Shown here in pieces: positions 57,701 through 64,000 of a DNA stretch of 64,000 nucleotides. The stretch is taken from the NCBI GenBank assembly GCA_964016885.1, contig OZ024742.1, forward strand, positions 192,076,001-192,140,000, read 5' to 3'. The position numbers and the translations under genes were made by a program. The notes below the pieces were generated by a model that saw nothing but the letters and a program-made list of their open reading frames with translations, had not been told where the DNA came from and made no database searches. The first letter of the stretch is position 1; the number at the start of each line of letters is the position of its first letter. This DNA comes from Eledone cirrhosa. Its lineage: Eukaryota.

Positions 57701-58155
57701 GACACGGGCGCCCGGGCAGGGATCCCTCGAAAAAGATTTGCCCTAGATGCGTGCGTCACGAAGAAACCGTTGCGCACGCATTGGTGCAATGTCCGGGCGT
57801 GGCTGATCTGTGGGGCTACGCCGAACGACTGCTGTCGCGGGTGGCGCCGATTCGATTGACCGCCGAGTCCGTGATGACAATCAAACCGCCTCCCCTCTTC
57901 ACAAAGGAAGCGAAGGCGGTTTTTCTGTGCGTAATAGCCATGTTGAAAGAGGTTGTTTGGTGGACACGATTGAAAGATCTGAGGTCAGGCAACTTCCTCT
58001 CTGGCCATAGTCTGGTCTACTTCTTCCGATATCACTTCGGAAGAAGGATAAGAATGGAGAGAGAGGTGCTTGGCCACAGCCAGTTTTATGAAAGGTGGGT
58101 GATAGTGGCTAGAATGGCTCGTGTAAATGGGCCTTCTCTGTATACCATCCTGTAG
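54721..58155 (+). pseudogene. Tx1-type ORF2 (APE endonuclease, reverse transcriptase, CCHC-like domain) with two frameshifts
   Basis: CLNARGL, ICETR, AGDWN, SYLDR, TDH; SPGLDG, RPITLLN, LDQSKAFD, RQGCPLS, YADD; CPRC..ETVAHALVQC. Frameshifts near 55200 and 57670. Confidence 0.92.
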
Positions 58156-58373
58156 GTAAAGAAGTGAAGGAGAGGGGAGCACCTCCTCCATGTGCTCCCC
58201 GGGCAAAGGATTGCACACTTTTTCGGGGGGGGGGTGCAACCCCCATCACGTCCCCTCCATTTTGAGGTTGTTTTCGATTATTTTCATTTTAGACCCTTTT
58301 TACTCGATTGTATGTAAACTCCCCCTTTGTATTTGTCCCTTCTTTTTATGCCTTTATGGTAAATAAAGAAATA

Positions 58374-58432
<59 letters not shown>

Positions 58433-59126
58433 TTACCTGTCTGTGTATCTGTCTATCTACATATCTATCTAGCTAGCTAGCTAGTTCTCCGTTCTAAACA
58501 TTCTCAACTTTACCTTTCACCATTTCAATGTCTGAACAAATGCCTTGTGGTAGTTGTTTCATCGTGGTCTATTCTGCATCTTATGTTACGTTACTTTAGC
58601 AAGGTTCCCACTATTGCAAATATTTCAAACATGCCTTCTCTTAGGGAAGAAAACTTTTTCACTTCCACCCACCAATCTCCGAGCTCTTGTGCACTGCTCA
58701 TGCCTCGTTAACTAAAAGCAATAATGAAATATTTACTGAATGTGCAAATGCAGAAGAATTTACTAAGAAGAGTCTGTATGAGATGCTATTCAAGGAATAT
58801 ATAATGAAAACGTTTTCAAGAAAATGATCAGAATAGATATTCCGAAATAGAGACGATATTAAAAATTGTTTTCATTTTGAGATGATGCCATATGAATTTA
58901 AAATCTGTAAATGAAAAGTATAACTGGTCATGTCCCACAATAAAAGTAATTTTCAATATTTCAGCGATATAGAAAATTGTTTTTATTGTAGGATTATGCC
59001 GAATCTATTTCAAATCGGTGAATGAAAGTTGAGAAAACATTGAATAAATACAGTAAATACATAAATACATGCAATGAATGAAATATAGCATTGTATGTAT
59101 TCATCCTTAATAGCCATCGGAATACA

Positions 59127-59192
<66 letters not shown>

Positions 59193-59195
<3 letters not shown>

Positions 59196-60288
59196 GTATA
59201 TATATAAAATTAAGTATGTGTGTGTGTATGTATATTACCTATAAGGGCCTACGTCTTACGACCGATTTTCATGAAACTTTACAGGCTCATAGATTAGTCA
59301 TCGGGGAATGTTTTCTATATATCAGAGAATCGTTTTTTTTATTCGGGGGTCATTCTGCAGATAAAAATCGATAGGGGGTCACCTATTTTTAGGTATCGAA
59401 AAATAAGATGTTTGGCTCTAGCTCCCACATTTTGCCACCGATTTCGTTCAAATTTTAAAGCAAAATAGAATTTATCTTTGCACATCCTCTAATGGCTTTA
59501 TATTTTGCAATTTTTGTTCAGGGACGGCGTGGCAGCCGCTTAAATATTCAAAATTACCACTTTTAGACTCAAATTTTCTCTTTTTCGGCTCTAGCTCCCA
59601 CATTAATCACCCTACGTTGTTCAAACTTTACACTACGATAGATCTGATTATTAGACCTCATGAAATGCCTTCACCTTTTGGAAATTTTGTTCAGAAACGG
59701 CGTAGCAGCCGCTTAAATATTCGAAAATACCACTTTTTCGCCTCTAGCTCCTACATTTTTCAACCGATTACGTTCCAATTCGAAACTTTGGCTCCACCTC
59801 ACACATAAATCAATTTATTGGTACAACTTTTATACTACGATAGAACGTATCATTAGCTCCCACATTTTTCAACCGATTTCGTTCAAATTCGAAACATCGG
59901 CTCCACCTCACACATAAATCAATTTATTTGGTTCAACTTTTATACTACGATAGAACCTATCATTGCACATCTTATAGATGGTCAAAGGCAAAACGATGGC
60001 CACTGACGCCGTCTGAGCTTTTAGTTGTGTATTTGAGAATTCATCGGTTTCCAATAGAGTAGCGTGACGAAATTTGGCTTAGTGTTATGGGTCATTACCT
60101 CCCTCCTCCAGCATGCCCCTTCGTCAGTCACCCGCGTTTCTCAGTGATAGAGGTCATCACCACCCTCCCCCGCATGGCCTATGTGTGGCCATAGATGAGT
60201 CATCGAGAAGCAGTCGCTAAGATCAACACCTTTTCATCAAAGCAGATATTATTTTATCTACGCAGGCAACGCTGGGTATTGCTGCTAG
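59193..60288 (+). mobile_element. Non-autonomous Helitron with internal tandem repeats
   Basis: 5' TCTGTATATATATAAAA after A. The 3' end is cgcaggcaacgctggg-N8-CTAG followed by T. Internal repeats of ctagctcccacattt..accgatttcgttcaaatt (~100 and ~170 bp periods). Confidence 0.75.
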
Positions 60289-60542
60289 TATATATATATA
60301 CCATATGAATTATATAAATATATATATATATTATATATATTATATATATATATGTGTGTGTGTCTGTGTGTATGTATGTGTGTGTGTGTGCGTGTGTATA
60401 TGTATGTATATAGGTGTCTGTGAGTATGTATAGGTATATGTAGATGTGTGTATATGTGTATGTCATTAACCATAGCTTTGGGTCAACCTCGTGAGTAAAA
60501 TGGCTTAGGCTAAAACTGTTTGGAAGCCTGTCGGATGGACTT

Positions 60543-61015
60543 TTCTTCTTCTTCTTCTTCTTCTTCTTCTTCTTGGCCCACTTCTTCGTGGGTGGGTCTT
60601 GGGGGACAGAGTCCTCTAACACTCCTTCCAGCGAGCCCTGTCAGAAGCAGGCGTCTACAGCTGATCCGGCTGTATCCCCAAGCGAGACCAGCCAAGCTCA
60701 TGAATGTTATCAAACCATCTTGCTCGGGGTCTAACTCGATTGGATTTTGATTGTAAAATCTGTCCAACGATTCTTTCCTTGCACATTCTAACCGCATGCC
60801 CGTAATGTTGGAGCTGTGATCTCTCAACGCGGAGAAGTAGCGACTTGCCTGGAGTGGTTCTCTGATATCCGAGCTACCCACTCTATCGAGTAACGTTACC
60901 TCAAATACCCTTTGGAGGAACCACATTTCGGCCGCTTGAATTCGTGATCATATTCTTTCGGTCATTACACAAGATTCAAGATTATAGGTAAGGGTTAGCA
61001 TGAATACCAAATTAG
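60543..61015 (-). mobile_element. RTE-clade LINE 3' fragment with (GAA)n tail
   Basis: YNLESCVMTERI.SRIQAAEMWFLQRVFEVTLLDRVGSSDIREPL, then a frameshifted C-terminus. Confidence 0.8.
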
Positions 61016-61396
61016 ACTGTACTTGTAATTCAAAGGTTCAGCATGGTAAAGTAAAATTTCCCTGAGAATTACCTTAAGGACACACACGTCATTAGAATGT
61101 TCAGCCACATACACTTTAATTTCTTGAACACTAATCGTTGAAACTGACGAAGGACGACGTCTTCTCTAGTAACTATCCATTATATAACAATACATAAAAT
61201 TGTGTTACTGTGAGATTTTTAATCGTTATTCATGGCTTTCCTTTATTGTTAATGTTTGATATTTATTTTAAAGTTTTAGTTGATAATTTGTTTCAATGGA
61301 TAGCTATATATCAAACCGTGTGAAGCTATAAAGGAAAGAATTACATCTAACGACTATCACTCATAATATGCACATGCTCGCATATGCACGCATACC

Positions 61397-61438
<42 letters not shown>

Positions 61439-61481
61439 AACTCTCGTCTTTTCAGTCAATGTGTACGTATACACACACACA

Positions 61482-61588
<107 letters not shown>

Positions 61589-61589
61589 A

Positions 61590-61740
61590 AGTCCCGAGGT
61601 AAATCGGGGATAACCACAGTAAATAATGTACTCAATAGATTAGTATTAAAAACATCAAAATTTAATAATTTAATTGGCTTCTCCAGGACTAGAACTGTTT
61701 CATTCATATGAAATCATCAGGCATTTTAGTATTAAATTTA
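61590..61740 (-). mobile_element. Family A PLE-type 3' end with mutated hammerhead (61677-61725)
   Basis: CTGATGA tttcatatgaat GAAACAG ttctagtc CTGGA. The tail matches 29320-29370. Confidence 0.75.
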
Positions 61741-61752
61741 CATATATATATA

Positions 61753-61941
61753 TAGGAACGAGTAGGATCCCGACGGCTGAACTCAAGCCGTTTCGACGGC
61801 TAATTCTGGACTAGCCGTCGAAACGGCTTGAGCTCCGCCGTCGGAGTCCTACTCGTTCCTATTACCCACTCTACTAACCTAAGTATTGAGTACTTTGGTG
61901 CGTTATGGTCCACATGGTTCCTTACCACATTTCCATCGTTA
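61753..61941. mobile_element. Family B fold-back element (50-bp arms) with hammerhead 3' half
   Basis: GAA ACGGC ttgagctcc GCCGT C is a 5-bp stem III with GUC. The junction lies in stem II at about 61803-61810. Confidence 0.8.
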
Positions 61942-62092
61942 TATATATATATATATAGCTTTAAAGAATTCGCTTTTAATGAATCCCCTTTCTTTAAATC
62001 CTTCAACCAATGAAATCCGCCCATCCCAATCCCCACCCTCTCCTACCACCAGATAAGGAAAGACATAAATACTACCATTTACTTGGACAGCC

Positions 62093-62143
62093 AGCTTCCT
62101 GATGATTTCTCAGGAATGAAAAGGTTCTAGTCCTGTAGAAGCT
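62093..62143 (+). ncRNA. Family A hammerhead (stem III partly degenerate)
   Basis: agcttc CTGATGA tttctcaggaat GAAA..ctGTA gaagct. Confidence 0.7.
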
Positions 62144-62462
62144 CTTATATATATATAAGGAAAAAAGATGAAATCGAAAATGCAACTGGAGTCTTTTTGT
62201 TTTAAATATATATTTATTTGGTTCCTTTACCGGTTTCGCAGTTCTTCTGCTTTTTAAAAGTAGAATTGAGATGGAGGGTTTGTGGTTTTTCTTACATACA
62301 TAGCAGATTTTTTAGAGTATTGGATATTCTTTCCGCGTCTCTTCATTCTGAGTTCAAATTCCACCAAATTACACTTTGCAACATTTCATCCTTTCGATGT
62401 CGATAAAAAAAATACCGGCACAATGCTGGGACAACCCTCTCTTTCTCGCCCATCATTTTTTC

Positions 62463-62494
<32 letters not shown>

Positions 62495-62739
62495 AGCTCT
62501 AGATTCTTCCAGCAGTCACCTCCTTGATATTTCATCTTATCAAGTGAGAATGTCTGCTCGCCAGACTTGTATGCCAATAATGGTTTAAGTGTTGTAGTTA
62601 TAATCCTATAATTTTGAGTAACTTGAATTATATAAAAAGACATACTCTTTAAAACCATATTTAGACACTTCCACAAACACACACTCACACACAGACATAC
62701 ACACGCACTCACAGACACCCACATTCATATTCAACATTA

Positions 62740-62929
62740 TGATGGATTGGCACTATCGGTAGAGGGTCGGACGCCATGCTTTGCAGCATAGAGTTACGGC
62801 CCTTGCCATTCTGAGTTAAAATCCCGCCGAGGTTAACTTTGCCTTTCATCCTTACGAGGTTGATAAAATAAAGTACCAGTAATCCACTGTGCAATTGCCG
62901 GCCTTGTGCCAAAAGTAGAAACAATTATT
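62740..62929 (+). mobile_element. SINE family 1
   Basis: Full match to 2533-2724. Confidence 0.85.
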
Positions 62930-63034
62930 TTAAGAAAGCCATTCAAATGCTAGGTAGATATAAAAGAGTGGAAACCGGAGTAATGAAGTAAGACAAAATA
63001 AAACACCCGTTAACGCTACTTTATGCTTATGATA

Positions 63035-64000
63035 TTTAGTGTTTAAATAGCAGGGATATGTGTAGCTAAACGTTGGGATATGTTTATCTAAGCGTCGGGA
63101 TATCTTTATCTAAACGTTGGGATATGTGTATCTAATTTTGGGGATATGTGTAGCTAAACGTTGGGATATGTTTATCTAAGCGTCGGGATATATTTAACTA
63201 AACGTTGGGATATGTGTATCTAATTTTTGGGATATGTGTATCTAATCGTTGGGATATGTTTATCTAAACGTTGGAATGTGTTTATCTAAACGTTGGAATG
63301 TGTTTATCTAAACGTTGGAAGTGTTTATCTAAATGTTGGAATGTGTTTATCTAAACGTTGGAATGTGTTTATCTAAATGTTGGAATGTGTTTATCTAAAC
63401 GTTGGAATGTATTTATCTAAACGTTGGAATGTGTTTATCTAAACGTTGGAATGTGTTTATCTAAACGTTGGGCGTGTTTATCTAAACGTTGGGATATGTG
63501 CATCTAAACATTGGGATATGTTTATCTAAGCGTCGGGATATGTTTATCTAAACATTGGGATATGTGTTTATCTAAATGCTGGGATATGGGCATCTAAACG
63601 TTAGGATATGTGTATCTAAATGCTAGGATATGTTTTTCTATACGTTGGGATATGTGTATCTAAACGTTGAGATATTCGTATCTAGACGCTGTGTTGTGTG
63701 TATGTAATCATTGGGATATGTGTTCATCTAGACATTGGGATATGTTTATCTAATCGTTGGGATATGTTTATCTGAACGTTGCGATATGTTTATCTAAACA
63801 TTGGAATGTGTTTATCTAAACGTTGGAATGTGTTCATCTGAACGTTGGGATATGTGCATCTAAACGTTGAGATATTGTTATTTAAACGTTGAGATATTCG
63901 TATCTAGACGCTGGGTTGTGTGTATGTAATTGTTGTGATATGTGTATCTAAACGTTGGGATATCTTTATCTAATCGTTGGGATATGTTTATCTAAACGTT
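63035..64000. repeat. ~21-24-bp minisatellite (tatctaaacgttgggatatgtg/t), running off the window
   Basis: Contiguous tandem units with variant blocks and no unique spacers. Confidence 0.95.

Larger units (their letters stand above)
52541..58372 (+). mobile_element. Near full-length L1/Tx1-clade LINE embedded in (TATC)n
   Basis: 5' UTR, ORF1 with CCHC knuckle, ORF2 with APE, RT and C-terminal Cys motif, 3' UTR ending aataaagaaa. (TATC)n at 52475-52530 and 58373-58432. Confidence 0.92.

Noticed and set aside
63035-64000. CRISPR-like regular repeat
   Set aside because: The units are contiguous with no unique spacers, there are no cas genes, and the context is eukaryotic. It is a minisatellite.

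Overview
AT-rich, microsatellite-saturated animal genomic DNA with no convincing host protein-coding exon. The SINE families look like those I recall from Octopus (inference). Most ORFs in the track are translations of (TA)n/(CA)n. Real coding remnants are all retroelements: Penelope-like elements (PLE; RT plus GIY-YIG), a near full-length L1/Tx1-clade LINE inside a (TATC)n tract, a second deleted Tx1 copy, and RTE LINE relics. There is also a non-autonomous Helitron, many tRNA-derived SINEs, two tiny Tc1/mariner MITEs and several satellites. The most striking signal is in the short unique islands between (TA)n tracts. They are 3' ends of about ten different PLE-type families, and many carry a recognisable type I hammerhead ribozyme (CUGANGA...GAAA...NUH). 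They are very often arranged as head-to-head fold-back palindromes whose junction lies at or beside the ribozyme. One locus (39.6-40.9 kb) is a non-coding ~450-bp tandem unit with one hammerhead per monomer, a retrozyme/circRNA-like element, itself mirrored. All RNA folds were done by eye and need Infernal and in vitro confirmation.
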